Below are positions 1 through 13,851 of a DNA stretch of 64,000 nucleotides, piece after piece. The notes below the pieces were generated by a model. The model saw only the letters and a list, made by a program, of their open reading frames with translations, had not been told where the DNA came from and made no database searches. The stretch's first letter is position 1. Each line of letters starts with the position of its first letter. The DNA is from Octopus vulgaris (lineage: Eukaryota). Made by a program: the position numbers and the translations under genes. The stretch is taken from contig OX597831.1 of the NCBI GenBank assembly GCA_951406725.2, positions 67,766,001 through 67,830,000 on the forward strand. Reading direction: 5' to 3'.

Positions 1-224
1 ACTGCCGGCATCAGTTGTTAGTTGTCAGAGCACTGCATCCTTCAAAACTTCCATGCTTTCTGAGATTCGCCAACACTACACCTGATTTTCTTCCCTCCAT
101 ACACACACAAGCATGTATCTGACTCATGCATTGTTCGCTTTCCAGACATTTGTACATTACTGCATACACTTTACATGCACTTTCTGACAAGTTGTGGTGC
201 ACCTGAGCACTGTATACAATAATT

Positions 225-255
<31 letters not shown>

Positions 256-307
256 CATTATTATTATTATTATTATTTTTATTATCATTATTATTATTAT
301 TATTATT
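1..307 (+). repeat. 3' end of an interspersed repeat (LINE-type tail) ending in (ATT)n
   Basis: Complex sequence ending ...cacctgagcactgtatacaataatttc runs directly into an (ATT)n tract at about 226-307. Family assignment is inference. Confidence 0.45.
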
Positions 308-1235
308 AAATTGTGTAATTTACTGATACACATGTAATATAAAGGCATAAAGGCACTATACTTCTATGGATGCTAAGGATTGTTTTTTGCTAACTTGAAC
401 TTGAATTTGCCAGTAATTTTTCAGTTGTGTTCATATTTTATCAAGAGTAAGACAAAAAGGATTACTGCAAATTATTGTAATTAACTGAATGTTGCTATCC
501 ATATCTATTGATAATGGTCTAAGTTGAGAAATGTGAGAAAGAGTAAAGAATTTTCCTATAAAATTATATGTTGATCAAAACTAAAAAGGAGAATTCATTT
601 GCTTGCAAGATAAAAATAATATGCAAAAATGAAATTTGTCACATTTTTTGAGAATAATATTATAGAACCATTGAAGTGACTAAATCAGTTGCAAAAATAT
701 TCCAAATTACTAAATTTTTTTCTGATTGATTTAAAATGATACCAACCACAAGAATGAGTTTTATGGAAGTTGTTTGTTAGATCTTGTTTAACTTATAAAG
801 ACCTTCAGTTTAAAAGATTACTGCAAGGATAAATTGCATTTGAGTTTTATCAGCATTATACCAAAGGTTTAAACATATCAATTGATACTAGTATATGTCA
901 ACAAAACAAAAGAATTAACGATTTAGCACAAGTATAATCTTTATGAATTTCTAAAGTAGTGAACTAAATATGAACAGTAATATATATGCCTTTAGTCTTT
1001 TCAAAAATTGTGTTTAATGGTTTCAATATACCTAAACATATTACATGTTAACCAAAATTCAAAGAATAGTTATATCAAATGTTGTAATTTTTATAGTATA
1101 ATTAATTTGAATGCTTCATTTATTGCCTCACCACAGATAAAAAATAATTTAAGTCTATTATCAATAAAACCTTTAGTTTTTGCTGGAAACGGGGAGGCAT
1201 TAAATAAATTCAGCTATAAAAAGCCTCTTCGTTTG

Positions 1236-1423
1236 AACGAGCATGGGTATGTAGCAAAAAGGTTTGCTTCCCAACCACATGGTCCTGGGTTCAGTCTTGC
1301 ATGGCACCTTGGGAAAAGTGTTTTCTACTCTAGGCTCAGGCTGATCAAAGCCTTGTGAATGGATTTGGTTGATGAAAACTGAAAGTAGTTCATCATAATA
1401 ATGCATATGTGTGTGTGTGTATG

Positions 1424-1490
<67 letters not shown>

Positions 1491-2293
1491 TTATATAGTA
1501 CAAAGTAAGATAGGGGTTATGAAAGTAGCCCACTATGGGATATCAGTTATCCAATATACTGCTGGTTAAAGTACCCCAAATACTAAATACATAAATGCTT
1601 ATAATTGCAATGCAATTAATTCATTTATTGTATTGAATGGGTGATGGTAAAAATTATTTTACTGTAAATTCATAATACAAATAAGAAAATGGAGGAACAA
1701 ATTCATTTCGATCATCAACTTACAGATATTACAATTTCACATTATTTATTAATTATACAAATAGGAACATGAAAATCGAACAAAACAATATACATCAATA
1801 TGCAAAATAATAATAAAAAAAAATAATACAAATAAACTGTTCCTCACAGCTGTTTCAGCCTGAGCAGTTTATTTGTATTATTTTTCTAATTATTATTTTG
1901 CATATTGATGTATATTGTTTTGTTCGATTTTCATGTTCCTATTTGTATAATTAATAAATAATGTGAAATTGTAATATCCGTAAGTTGATGATCAAAATGA
2001 ATTTGTTCCTCCATTTTCTTATTTGTATATACTTATGTATACATATACATACAAATGTGTGTGTGAGTATCTTTGTGTCTGTGTTTGTCCCTCCACTGCT
2101 GCTTGACAACTTGTGTTGGTGTGTTTACATCTCTGTAACTTAACAGTTCGGCAAACAAGACCAATAGAATAAACCTTAAAAATAAAAAGCAACTAAGTAC
2201 TGGGGTCAATTTGTTTAACTAAAATCCTTCAAGGAGATGCTGTTGCATGGCTGCACTTCATGACTGAAACAAGGTCAGAAATAAAAGATAAAA
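1236..2293 (+). mobile_element. tRNA-derived SINE family A, old copy, interrupted by a PLE remnant at about 1490-2035
   Basis: Head (...aaccacatggtcctgggttcagtc...) at 1236-1400 and body/tail (gtgtctgtgtttgtccc...tgactgaaacaag...aaaagataaaa) at 2060-2293 match the other family A copies. Confidence 0.8.
1490..2035. mobile_element. Penelope-like terminal-repeat remnant with inverted partial copy
   Basis: 1675-1838 is the reverse complement of 1865-2030. The spacer carries GGCTGAAACAGCTGT on the minus strand. The same sequence follows the hammerhead at 48078-48203. Confidence 0.7.
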
Positions 2294-2536
2294 TGGATGT
2301 AGATATATTCTCAATTGTTCTTGGTACCATGCATTATCCTGACAAGGTTGGTATCAAGTATTTCTGGGTGCTTATGCAGAATCTGTCCTTAACCTAATTT
2401 ACATAGATATAGTCAAATAGTAACAGACCTGTTTACAGTTATTTGGAGACTGAAATATTTCACATGCATCCTGGATAATCTTCCACTGGTTATTCTTTTT
2501 ACCCTCTGTTTCAGATTCAATATTCTGTCAAAAGTT

Positions 2537-2540
<4 letters not shown>

Positions 2541-2583
<43 letters not shown>

Positions 2584-5550
2584 GTCGTCGTCGACGTCGT
2601 TAAACGTCTGCTTTCCATGCTGGCATGGGTTGAGCCGTTTGACTGAGGACTGGCAAGCCAGGAGGCTGCACCAGACTCCAATCTGATCTGGTAAGGTTTC
2701 TACAGCTGGATACCCTTCCTAACACCAACCACTCCGAGAATGTAATGGGTGCTTTTTACATGCCATCAGCATGGGGGCCAGTCAGGCGGCACTGGCAATG
2801 ACCATGCTTGAAGGGTACTTTTTTATGTGCCACTGGTATAGGACCAGTGAGGGGGCACTGGCATCAATTACGCTTGCATGGTGCTTTTCACATGTCACTG
2901 GCACGGAAGTCAGTCTGGTGTTACTGGCATTGACCATGCTTGAATGGTGCTTTTCATGTGCCACTGGCATGGGTGCCAGTCAGGTGGTACTGGCATTGGC
3001 CATGACAATGATTTCACTTGATTCAACAGGTCTTCTCAAGCACAGCATATTACCCTATGATTGAAGGGTACTCTTGAATGGGCTAGTTATGCAAAACTGG
3101 CAAAGGACACAGTTATGGTCTCACTTGGCTTGCCGGGTCTTCTCAAGCACAGCATATCTCCAAAGGTCTCAGTCACTTGTCATTGCCTCTGTGAGGCCCA
3201 ACATTTGAAGGTTGTGCTTCACCACTTCATTCCAGGTCTTCCACAGGTTCCCTCCACTGTTAGGGTGAAAAATCACACAGCTGTCCTCATCCATATGTAA
3301 CACATGACCATACCAGTGCAGTCGTCTCTCTTGCTCACCATATCTGATGCTTTTTGTATTCAACTTTTCTCTCAGGGTGCTTACACTCTGTCGTGTATGC
3401 ATGACACATCGGAGCATACTAACTTCATTTCTTGCAAGCTTATGCATGTCCTCAGCAGTCACAGCCCATGTTTCACTGCCACGTAGCATGGCTGTTCACA
3501 CACATGCGTTATACAGTCTACCTTTTCACTCTGAGAGAGAGGCCCTTTGTTACCTGCAGAGGTAGGAGCTCTCTGAACTTTGCCCAGGCTATTCTTATTC
3601 TAGCAGCTATGCTCTCAGAGCATCCACCCCAGCTCCTGGTCACCTAGCTAATAGAAGCTATCAGCTACTTCTTGCTTTTCCCCCTGGCATGTGATGGAAG
3701 CTGTTTTTTGTACGTTTTCAGTGTTTAATGCTCTGTGCATCTGCCACACATAATAAACTATCTTCCCTGTTAGCCTTCCTTTGATATTGCTGCATGCCTT
3801 ATGCATCCATAGCTTACACTGGGTACATCTTATGGAGGTTCTACCTACGCCTTTTCTACAGATTGATCAGGGCCATCTACCAGAGGGGATTGTGATTTAT
3901 CTTCCTTCCTACTTACTAAGACTTTGGTTTTAGCTAGATTGACTCAAAGGCCCTCTGATTCTAGACCTTGCTTCCACACCCTAAACCTCGTCTCTAGTTC
4001 TAGTAGTGACTTGGCTATTAGAGCAAGGTCATCAGCATAGAGGAGCTCCCAGGGGATCCTGTTTTGACTTTCTCTGTTATTGGCTGTTGGACTATGATGA
4101 ATAAGAGGGGGCTGAGGACTGATCATTGGTAGACCCCTACCCCTACCCAGAATTCTTCACTATACTCATTGCCAACCCTCACCTAACTGACAGCATCCCT
4201 GTACATGGCTTATACAACTCTCACTAACCACTCATTTATTCCTAGTTTCCACATTTACCACCAGATAAGGGATTGAGGGACCCTGTCAAAGGCTTTCTCC
4301 ATGTCAACAAAAGCCAAGTACAGAGGTTTATCTTTGGTTCTAGACCTTGCTTCCACACCCTAAACTTCGTCTCTAGTTCTAGTAGTGACTTGGCTATTAG
4401 AGCAAGGTCATCAGAAATATAGCAACAGTGGTCACAAACCCAAACTGCATCTCATCTAAACTCTCTTCCTAATTAGTTGGGCTATGACCCTCTCGGTGAC
4501 TTTCATCATCTAATCCAAGAATTTGATACCTCTGTAATTATTCATATCAAATGCATCACCTTTACCTTTGTAGCAGCTGACTATGGTGCTGCTGCACCAA
4601 TCATTGGGTATGACTCCATATATCACCTGATTGACTATACAGGTAACTAGACTACCCTGCCAGATATTTCAGGCATCTCTGCAGTGATTCCTGATGGGCC
4701 AGGGACTTTCACTGTCTTCATACTTTTAATTGCTTTATCTACCAAAGTACTCTCAATTCAGATAGCTGGTCCCTCTGTTGGGTCGACGTTTGGTAGACTC
4801 TCTTTCTCCCATTCATTCTCTTCACTTAGCAACCTTTCATAGTGGCATCTCCAAAACTCTCTCTTTGCAGCCTCAGTAAATGCAAGTGAGCCATCATCCA
4901 TGTGGACACATTTCTCTCCTATGACATCATGATTCTCTCTCACACACTGTCTTGCAACATGTAACTCTTCATTTTTTTTTTCTGCTTCTCCTCTGGCTAA
5001 GTAAACCTGTCTCCTAGCTTCCCTTCATGCGATCTGTTACAGTTCCCTGCTACCACCATTCTTCCAGTCCTTCCATGCCTGTTTCTTTTCTCTAATGGTC
5101 CTGTCAACTACATTGTTCCATCACCACATTACCTTAGGTCGAGACGGGATTTTGCACCATCCACAGATCTGGCCAGTAGCCCTCAACAGGTTGTCATGTA
5201 GGAACCTTCAGTTGTCTTCCACATTGTGTGATACTATATCCTCCTCTTTTTTGTCAAAAGCTTTGAGTTACATCTCTAAATCTCAGTTCATTCACAGGAT
5301 CACAGGATCCTTAAGCTTCCAGACCCTTCTTTTCCATGCTGGTCATCTTCTGGGTATCCATTTAGCACCGATCCTGAAGTCACTAGCTACTAACCTATGT
5401 TGTAGGGGTGCATTCTTCACCTGGGAAGGTTTTGGCATTTATAAGTAGCCTTCTTTCCTGTTTCTTGGTGAGAATGTAGTCAATCTGACTAGTGTGTTCA
5501 TCAGACTGGTAGGTGAACAGGTGACTGGCAGGCTTCCTGAAGTTAGTATA
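2541..5550 (-). mobile_element. Decayed 5'-truncated RTE-clade LINE (end of APE endonuclease, RT, 3' UTR, (GAT)n tail)
   Basis: Minus-strand peptides SQIDYIL (about 5480-5510), REFWRCHYERLL, PWELLYADDLALIA (RT catalytic motif, about 4020-4055), GSETWA...RRLHWYGHVLHM; tandem-unit 3' UTR; (CAT)n at 2541-2583; many stops and frameshifts. Confidence 0.9.
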
Positions 5551-6699
5551 ATGTCTGTACAATTCTTTGATGGCACTACTAATTCAGCAGTATCAATTCC
5601 AGTTGGTTAATCCAACTGCTGTGTTATTAATGCTACTTCTTTAAGAAACTACTTTGATAATATAATCTTTTCTAAAGTGAATATTATTGGAAGACTTAAT
5701 GGCAGAATCAAGAAAACATGACACTTTCATTAAAAGCATAGAAACACAGACTTGGAGAAAAAGCATTTCATGTTACTCTACTTCTGATGTGAAATTTTTA
5801 TATAATGGAAAACCTATGGATATGAAGCCACCAAATTGTCATCCTTTCATCTTTACAGTTCACGCAGCAAATTGAATTGATTAATATGACACAGCTGTGT
5901 CGGAAGAGTATGAAACTGCTATAAGTATTTGAAATTATTTATATTGCCAATCAATCAGCAATATTCTTAAAACAGAACCTTTTGATTATTTTCGTGTATT
6001 TCAGTATGTAATAAATATTGAATATATCTTAGCCTTTTCATTCAGAAGAAAGACTTGTGATCATTGATAACCAATTTAGTGAAATTTTGTTCATATAAAT
6101 TTAATGAAAATTATTTTGTATGCTTATTCTGTCAGTTAACCTGTTAATCATATTTGTCTTAGAAAAGTTTCAGCTTCTGATATATTATAAAATTGTTTAG
6201 CATCTTCAATTTTGAAGCAATTATTTCTTAATATTTAAGAAGCTACTTTGATAAAGCAAAATTACTTGCACGGTTGTTTTCCAATAATTCCACCTTTGGC
6301 TCATTTGAGCATGTTCTTCCAGACTTTCATTCTTGATGTTATGTTCATTTATCTGACTTACATATTATTTGTTCATCTTTGGCAAATGTAATTGCCAGTT
6401 TCAGTACTTATATAGCTTCTTGTTCTGGTAATATTCCTTCTGCTATTTTGCAAACGACCTCTTCTAAACTAACAAATGCTTAGCAAAATCTTTTCATCTT
6501 ATTGGAAATCAGATTCTATTATTCCTCTTTTCATAATCTGCTCTAAATACTGCTTAATCAGCCTTCACATTATCGTTTACAAAGTTTTTGATCAATCAAG
6601 TTTTTATCTTGAACTTCAAATCATTTAGTCTCATTCTTAACAAACTGTAAGTTTAGATTCTGTAACTTTAGATTCCACTACTGACTATCTGACTGTGAT

Positions 6700-7560
6700 A
6701 AATGAATGGTGTGGCTGTTATTGTTTCCCTTGGAAGCATTTGATAAGGTTTGACATGCTAAGACTCTTAAGCATAATCAAGATTAAGACATGCGAAATTA
6801 CTGGGGAGATCATTAGGATTCTTGAACTTACTCTTTACTCTTTATACTCTTTTACTTGTTTCAGTCATTTGACTGCGGCCATGCTGGAGCACCGCCTTTA
6901 ATTGAGCACCTCGACCCCGGGACTTGTTCTTTGTAAGCCCAGTACTTATTCTATCGGTCTCTTTTGCCGAACTGCTAAGTGATGGGGACATAAACACACC
7001 AGCATCGGTTATCAAGCAATGTTAGGGGGACAAACACAGACACACATATATACATGCACACACATATATATATATACATATATACGACGGGCTTCTTTCA
7101 GTTTCCATCTACCTAATCCACTCACAAGGCATTGGTCGGCCCAGGGCTATAGCAGAAGACACTTGCCCAAGGTGCCACGCAGTGGGACTGAACCCGGAAC
7201 CATGTGGTTGGTAAACAAGCTACTTACCACACAGCCACTACTGCGCCTGGATAAAATTTTTTAAATGACCATCTACCTTCTACTTAATCCATATAATATG
7301 GAGTTCCTCAAGGTTGTAATCTTAATCTGATTCTTTTTGCTTTGATTTATAGTCTTCTGGATGATATCATGTCTAACCTTGTTACCTTGGCTAATGGTAC
7401 TTCACATTTTTGCCTTAAAAGGATGTCTGATTTTGTTTGTGTGAATGGAAATGCCTGGTTCTCTTCTAGAGCTGAACCTGGTTTGGCAACTTATCTATGT
7501 CCAATAATTGATTAAATGAGTAACTGGACCTAAACAGACCATCTTTCTGAGTAGTGCCAT
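6700..7560 (+). pseudogene. Very degraded CR1/L2-type RT fragment, split by a SINE
   Basis: Remnant motifs gcatttgataaggtt (AFDKV, about 6737) and ggagttcctcaaggt (GVPQG, about 7300) occur in RT order. Confidence 0.4.
6828..7248 (-). mobile_element. SINE family A
   Basis: Full-length match to other copies; tRNA-like head, internal (TA/CA)n, (TTTTACTC)n tail. Confidence 0.92.
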
Positions 7561-8080
7561 CAACTTATAAAATGGCTTATTCGTTTATTTATTAAGGTAA
7601 TAACAGAAACATACACATGCACGCGCACACACACACACACACACACATGCACACAAATATAAGTAAACAGTTATCTAGTCTGTGTTCATGCTTAAAATAT
7701 TCTGTATGTAAAATAATTATGAAGGCAAGATTCTAATAGTTACATATATTTCCATTGTATTCTGTACCAAAAGTTTGCTCTTTTCATTTTGTCTTAACCT
7801 CCGACTTACATAGCTCCAAGTAATTTATATTCATAATTATTTGTTGAGCACTTTCTTAGTTACTTTCAATTCTGCACATACTAAACTATTTTCCAATAAC
7901 TGTAACAGAAACATTGATGATATTTCTATTTTTGTGTGTGATACTGTTCTTAATTCCCTTAGTCTTTGTCATTTAAACTTAACTTTTTCTAAAATATTAA
8001 GATGATTCTTTTAGATCTACAGATAAATAAACCACAATGAAATTTCATCTAGCTCATTACCATCTTTTCTCCTAAGTTTG

Positions 8081-8311
8081 TTACTCTCTTTTACTCTTTT
8101 ATTTGTTTCAGTCATTTGACTGCGGCCATGCTGGAGCACTGCCTTTAATTGAGCAACTTGGCCCTGGAACTTATTTTTTTGTAAGCCCAGTACTTATTCT
8201 ATCGGTCTCTTTTGCTGAACTGCTAAGTAATGGGGACATAAACACACCAGCATCAGTTGTCAAGCAATGCTAGGGGGACAAACACAGACACACAAACACA
8301 CACATGCATAC

Positions 8312-8342
<31 letters not shown>

Positions 8343-8503
8343 TACGACGGGCTTCTTTCAGCTTCCGTCTACCAAATCCACTCACAAGGCTTTGGTCGGC
8401 CCGAGGCTATAGCAGAAGATACTTGCCTAAGGTGCCATGCAGTGGGACTGAACCCGGAACCATGTGGTTGGTAAACAAGCTACTTACCACCCAGCCACTC
8501 CTG
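8081..8503 (-). mobile_element. SINE family A
   Basis: Full-length match to other copies. Confidence 0.92.
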
Positions 8504-10129
8504 TTAATAGCACTTGTGTGAAATAGTGTTGTCATATTTGGGCCAGTACCACTGCTTTTCTTTTTCCTGTTCTTCATTGAGTTTGAAAGCAAAATTCTAG
8601 TAATGCTTGTCCTGTTTGAACTGCTAAATTCCCACCACTTGACCATTGCTTCAACATTGCTTTTTATGTCTATTCTAAAAATATTTCCATGAATCTTAAT
8701 TCAGCCAAACTTTCTTATTTTGTTCCTTCTCTTATGATTACAATTTTAGTAACTCATCTCCTTTCTAATTCTCGTCCTTTTATTGTTGTTCTCCTCTTGA
8801 AGGAAGAGTTTCTGCACAATGGATGGATTTTTTTCCTCACCTTGTTTCCCAATAAATATAATCTTAATTCTTTTAAATCTTATGTTTGTCATTTAATGAC
8901 TTTTAGAGTAGCCTCTTATGTGATATTTTACTTTTTCTTTTATAAATCTCAACAAACTATGTTGTTGTTTGAAGCTTGTTAGGAGAGGCTCCCCATAAAA
9001 AATATCAGAAGTTAGAGCATACCAAGCATACCATCCCAACTTTTGTTTAATTATATTTCCTTCAATCATCTGTAAATTTGGAATTTTCAAACTGTATTAT
9101 ATCACAATGGGCTTTGGCATGTAAGTGTTGAATTTGAACATTTTGGGGGAAAAATTAGATAATGATGAAGAAATGAAAATAACTTTAGAATACTTTGGAA
9201 TTTTCTGACCATAACAAACTTATGAATTTTGTTGTGTCTGGGGAGAGTCATTCTCTTTTAGTACCTTATTATTTAACGCACTCACCGGTAAAATTTCCAC
9301 TTATTTCTTATTTTTATGAACTTATGAATGTTCCTGGAAAAAGTGAATTTGAATGATGATTCAGATAGTTTGTCCTCAGAATAATATTTTGTGTTAGATT
9401 TACTAATAGTAATATGAATTTGTTTTTCTTTATAAATTAAGCATAACATGTAACAAAAAATTATTTTGATACTATATTGTAACCAATAATATTCACTATG
9501 ATTGTTGAGATAAAGAAATACCATTCAGTGAAAACTTTTCCAGTTTAGAATTTTCATTTCATATCTACTAGTATGTCAGATAGTTAGGATTTATGAAGAA
9601 GCTGGGCAGGGTAATTTGTATTTTTAAACGGTTCTGAAACATCTCTCTTTCTCTCTTTTACTGTTTTAGCTCTTTCATTTTACCTTCTAGGTAGCCTTCT
9701 GGGTGAACACATGAAGAGGTTTAGTCAATCATGTAGGCCCCCAGGTTTCACCTTTTTTTTTAGCATGCAACGTCCTTTTATAATATCTACTTATTGAACA
9801 GCTGTGTAGCAGAAAATAAACAAGTCATTGGACATAGACAAATAGACCAGTTTTTGAGCAGTTTCAAAATGAAAACGGCTGTAGGACACCCAAATGAAGT
9901 GATAAATATAAACAAATAAATGTATACTATTAATGATATAGGCGATTACTTTTAACAAGTTTATCATTTTATAAAATATCCGTAATATATGATTCTGTGG
10001 CACTGGAGTTGCCACAAAAGTCTGCAATGTTTGACTCAAAAGCCTTAATGGAGGTTGTCTCCATTTTAAAGTTGGATGAATGAGTATTAATTCCTTATTG
10101 AATTCATGGGTATTGTTATTTTATATATC

Positions 10130-10270
10130 CATCATCATCATCATCATCATCATCATCGTTTAACGTCCGTTCTCCATGCTAGCATGGGTTGGACGGTTCA
10201 ACTGGGGTCTGGGAAGCCAGAAGGCTGCACCAGGCCCAGTCTGATATGGCAGTGTTTCTACAGCAGGATG
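10130..10270 (-). mobile_element. RTE LINE 3' end fragment
   Basis: (CAT)n followed by gtttaacgtccgttctccatgctagcatgggttggacgg, the same terminus as 2541-2720. Confidence 0.85.
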
Positions 10271-10719
10271 TAAATAAAAATAGCTACTGCATGAGTGCAA
10301 TGGTTTTGCTTCACCCAGTTTGATGCAATGGCTCCTTTAATGCAATGATTAAAGGAGAAAGGGAGTTATAATATGGACCCAAATAACTTGGACATACTAT
10401 GGAAGTATCAATGCTGTTTTTTCACTGCTGAAAGAAATGATGATGTTGAAATTGTTGAAATCATTGTCTATAGTCCACAGCTAATACAGAGAGTGTCCTT
10501 CAGAGCGACTGTATGTATGATGATGATGATGACAATGAGGATGACAACAGAAATGGCAATGATGACAGAATGTATGTTTTGTGTGTGTGTGTGTGAGTGT
10601 GTTCATATGTATACACTCACACACATATATGCATAAATATGAATATATATATACTTACATGCATGCACACACACATATAGTATACTCAAATTAATATATA
10701 TATATATATATATATGTAT

Positions 10720-10860
10720 ATACCAGAGTAAACAGATAAATGTGAAACAAGGCGGAAAAAAGAGTACTCAAATACCAGAGGTAGAGTAATATGCTTTATT
10801 TAAAAGCAGCAGAAATTCAATAATTCTGTTGAATTTCTGCTGCTTTTAAATAAAGCATAT
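10720..10860. mobile_element. PLE terminal-repeat remnant with perfect 32-bp inverted repeat
   Basis: 10789-10820 and 10829-10860 are exact reverse complements; 10720-10820 is homologous (minus strand) to 17995-18088 upstream of the PLE ORF. Confidence 0.75.
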
Positions 10861-11524
10861 ATATATATATACACACATATATATGAACTAAAATAGAACA
10901 GGCAATTGAATGCAGCTGAATCAATCGTCCAAAGTAAGTTCAAGGAGTTAACAAGATAGTTATCTCTCTCATTCATATAATTTCTCTAAAAGATGTAAAA
11001 ACAATCAATGTTTAATGGGAAGAAACAACCTATTTACATTTGTTATAATGTAGCAAGAATTGTGTCTATTACAAAAAGTTTATTGCTCTAGGGTTGGAGA
11101 CCTTCTGTTACCAGGCACAGAAATATAAATGAGTGCAATCGATTTTTTAGTTTTGAAAATTGCTTTATTTCCTTTATTTTGATTGAGTTATTGAATGTAA
11201 ATATGTTTAGGATTGGCAGTTGCATTTTGTCAATACTTAACAATAAATGGAATCCTCATTGGAGTAAATTTCTTTGCTACACCTAGTTGTGGTAACCCTA
11301 GAACACTTGGTGGTGAGATGTACAGGGCTAAAGCAGTACTGACCAGTATTTTGTTTATAAAATAAACTAAACAGAGCACTGTCAGTTCAGCTGATGAGCA
11401 TTCAGTTGTTCTATCCACTAATGTATCTACTCATTGGATTAATGTGTAAGTGTATGAACATTCCACAGAGAGGTGTACTCATAACATAATGTTCAGCCTG
11501 AATCAATATGAATCCTTTAGCCAT

Positions 11525-11909
11525 GGATGGAAGCACTCTGTTGGTTAAGACGACGAGGGTTCTGGTTGGTCCGATCAACGGAACAGCCTGCTCATGAAAT
11601 TAACGTGTAAGTGGCTGAGCACTCCACAGACACGTGTACCCTTAACGTAGTTCTCGGGGATATTCAGTGTGACACAGAGAGTGACAAGGCTGGCCCTTTG
11701 AAATACAGGTACAACAGAAACAGGAAGTAAGAGTGAGAGAAAGTTGTGGTGAAAGAGTACAGCAGGGATCACCACCATCCCTGCCGGAGCCTCGTGGAGC
11801 TTTTAGGTGTTTTCGCTCAATAAACACTCACAACGCCTGGTCTGGGAATCGAAACCGCCATCCTACGACCGCGAGTCTGCTGCCCTAACCACTGGGCCAT
11901 TGTGCCTCC
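11525..11909 (-). mobile_element. tRNA-derived SINE family B with target-site duplication
   Basis: Reverse complement of 12465-12850; flanking direct repeat tcctttagccat (11513-11524 and 11910-11921). Confidence 0.92.
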
Positions 11910-12464
11910 TCCTTTAGCCATACTGCATTCACTACCTTGTAATACTGAACTAAAATATTTGTTGTGGTTACGGAGAATAGAATCGAGAAGTCACTATAAG
12001 AAATCTTACTCTGAAACATAATCTAATGTTGAAGGCTTCAGTGTTGAGCCATGTCAATAGCTTGCATTACAATTTGATATGTATATCTTGAGTAAATTAG
12101 AGTAAGTCTATAGATTTGAATGAAAAATATTTATCAGAAAGAGAGTGAGAGTACGATGAAGTAAATTGTGGTTAGTAGAGTGAATAGTTACTAGATGTCA
12201 ATAATGTTTTATTTTGCCGTTGGTTTTCTGATAATTTAAAAAACTTTTGCTAAAATGATTTAAGCAAAACTTACAGAGGGTGGTGAGTACTTGTCACTTG
12301 ATGAGGATCTTGAAGATGTTTTTTGTTTGAATATGAAGGACTTATTGAAATTCTTCAGGCAGTCACATTTCATAGTTTATTAATTAAAATCGAACTGTTT
12401 TATGAAAACTTCTACAGAAATGTTTGCTAGTTCACTGTTGCCAGCCTTCTACAATTATCCAAGT

Positions 12465-12850
12465 GGAGGCGCAATGGCCCAGTGGTTAGGGTAGCGGACT
12501 CGCGGTCGTAGGATCATGGTTTTGATTCCCAGACCGGGCGTTGTGAGTGTTTATTGAGCGAAAACACCTAAAAAAGCTCCATGAGGCGCCGGCAGGGGAT
12601 GGTGGTGATCCCTGCTGTACTCATTCACCACAACTTTCTCTCACTCTTACTTCCTGTTTCTGTTGTACCTGTATTTCAAAGGGCCGGCCTTGTCACTCTC
12701 TATGTCACGCTGAATATCCCCGAGAACTACGTTAAGGGTACACGTGTCTGTGGAGTGCTCAGCCACTTACACGTTAATTTTACGAGCAGGCTGTTCCGTT
12801 GGTCGGATCAACCGGAATCCTCGTCGTCGTAACCGATGGAGTGCTTCCAC
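12465..12850 (+). mobile_element. tRNA-derived SINE family B with target-site duplication
   Basis: Head with Pol III A box (tggcccagtgg) and B-box-like ggttttgattccc; flanking direct repeat acaattatcca. Confidence 0.92.
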
Positions 12851-13603
12851 CACAATTATCCAGCTTATTGATTTCAATTCAAAGATAAAATGAAAATTAT
12901 AGTAATGATAATGGCTTCAAACTTAGGTGCAAAGTTACAAGTTTTGTGGTCGGCTATTGTTGATTAAATTAACTACAGTATTTCACTGGTACTTTTGTCC
13001 TTTTTCAATAAGTAAAAAAAGTCAACTTTGAAACAGAAATTAATGGAATAGAAGCAAACCATTGTAAGGCATTTTGCCAGACCCTCAACTGATTCTTCCA
13101 TCATATGCCCTTGATTCTTCCTGCCATCGCCCTAATAATAATGATGATGATGATGATGATGGGAGACGATGTTGGCTATCAGATTGAAAACAGAGGTCTG
13201 AGGAATAATTATCTACTTTTCATGGATGACCTGAATCTCTTTGGTAAGACTGAATCAGCTTGATTGACTGGTCAGAACTGTGCATTAGTGCTGTGAAGAC
13301 AATAGGATGGAGTTTGGTACTGCATAGTGTACCACCCTGTCTATGAAAAGAAGTAAGAACGTAGCAGAACTGAATTACCTGATTGAGACTCAGTTGGTGA
13401 ACCTGAGGATAGTGAGCACAAAAAATATCTGGGCATTTTGTTAATAGACAAAGTTCTAAATGAGAAGATGAAAGGAAGTGTGAAGGAAATTTATCTAAAC
13501 ATGTTAGAACTACTACTGAAAATGAAATTGAATGGGTTGAGCTTGATTACTGCTGTCAAAGTCTAAACTCTGTCAACTACTTGATATAGTGTGGCTATTT
13601 TAA

Positions 13604-13824
13604 CCCTTCAGTGTTCAGATTAATCTGTTAAGTGTAATACTTTTTTCACTCAAATCATTTAAAATTAATCATATATTATCTTACAGCTTTGAAGTTTCAA
13701 TGGTGTGATAGTTTATTCATAGAATGTCAATGTAGGTTAGGTGTGAGAGGTTAAATATGGCCAGTTTGAATGTAAATCATGTAGGATATTTGGGTCAGAT
13801 ATGGCCAGCTTAAACACCAAAGGG
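13604..13824. mobile_element. piggyBac-type MITE
   Basis: TTAA on both sides (13600-13603 and 13825-13828); termini CCCTT...AAGGG with imperfect terminal inverted repeats of about 13 bp. Confidence 0.75.
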
Positions 13825-13851
13825 TTAAATAGGATTAAAAATGAAATAGAC

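Noticed and set aside
360-1000. Possible hAT transposase remnant
   Set aside because: Only vague motif resemblance, with no sustained frame.
7019-7264. Recurrent ORF MLGGQTQTH...GTEPGTMWLV, suggesting a gene family
   Set aside because: It is the antisense reading of SINE family A; the frame varies with internal microsatellite length.
10290-10427. Minus-strand exon after a tttctttcag acceptor, and ORF 10373-10636
   Set aside because: Stops in all three minus frames; the plus ORF runs into microsatellite.
12465-12540. tRNA gene
   Set aside because: It is the head of a SINE with body, TSD and a second copy; no complete cloverleaf.
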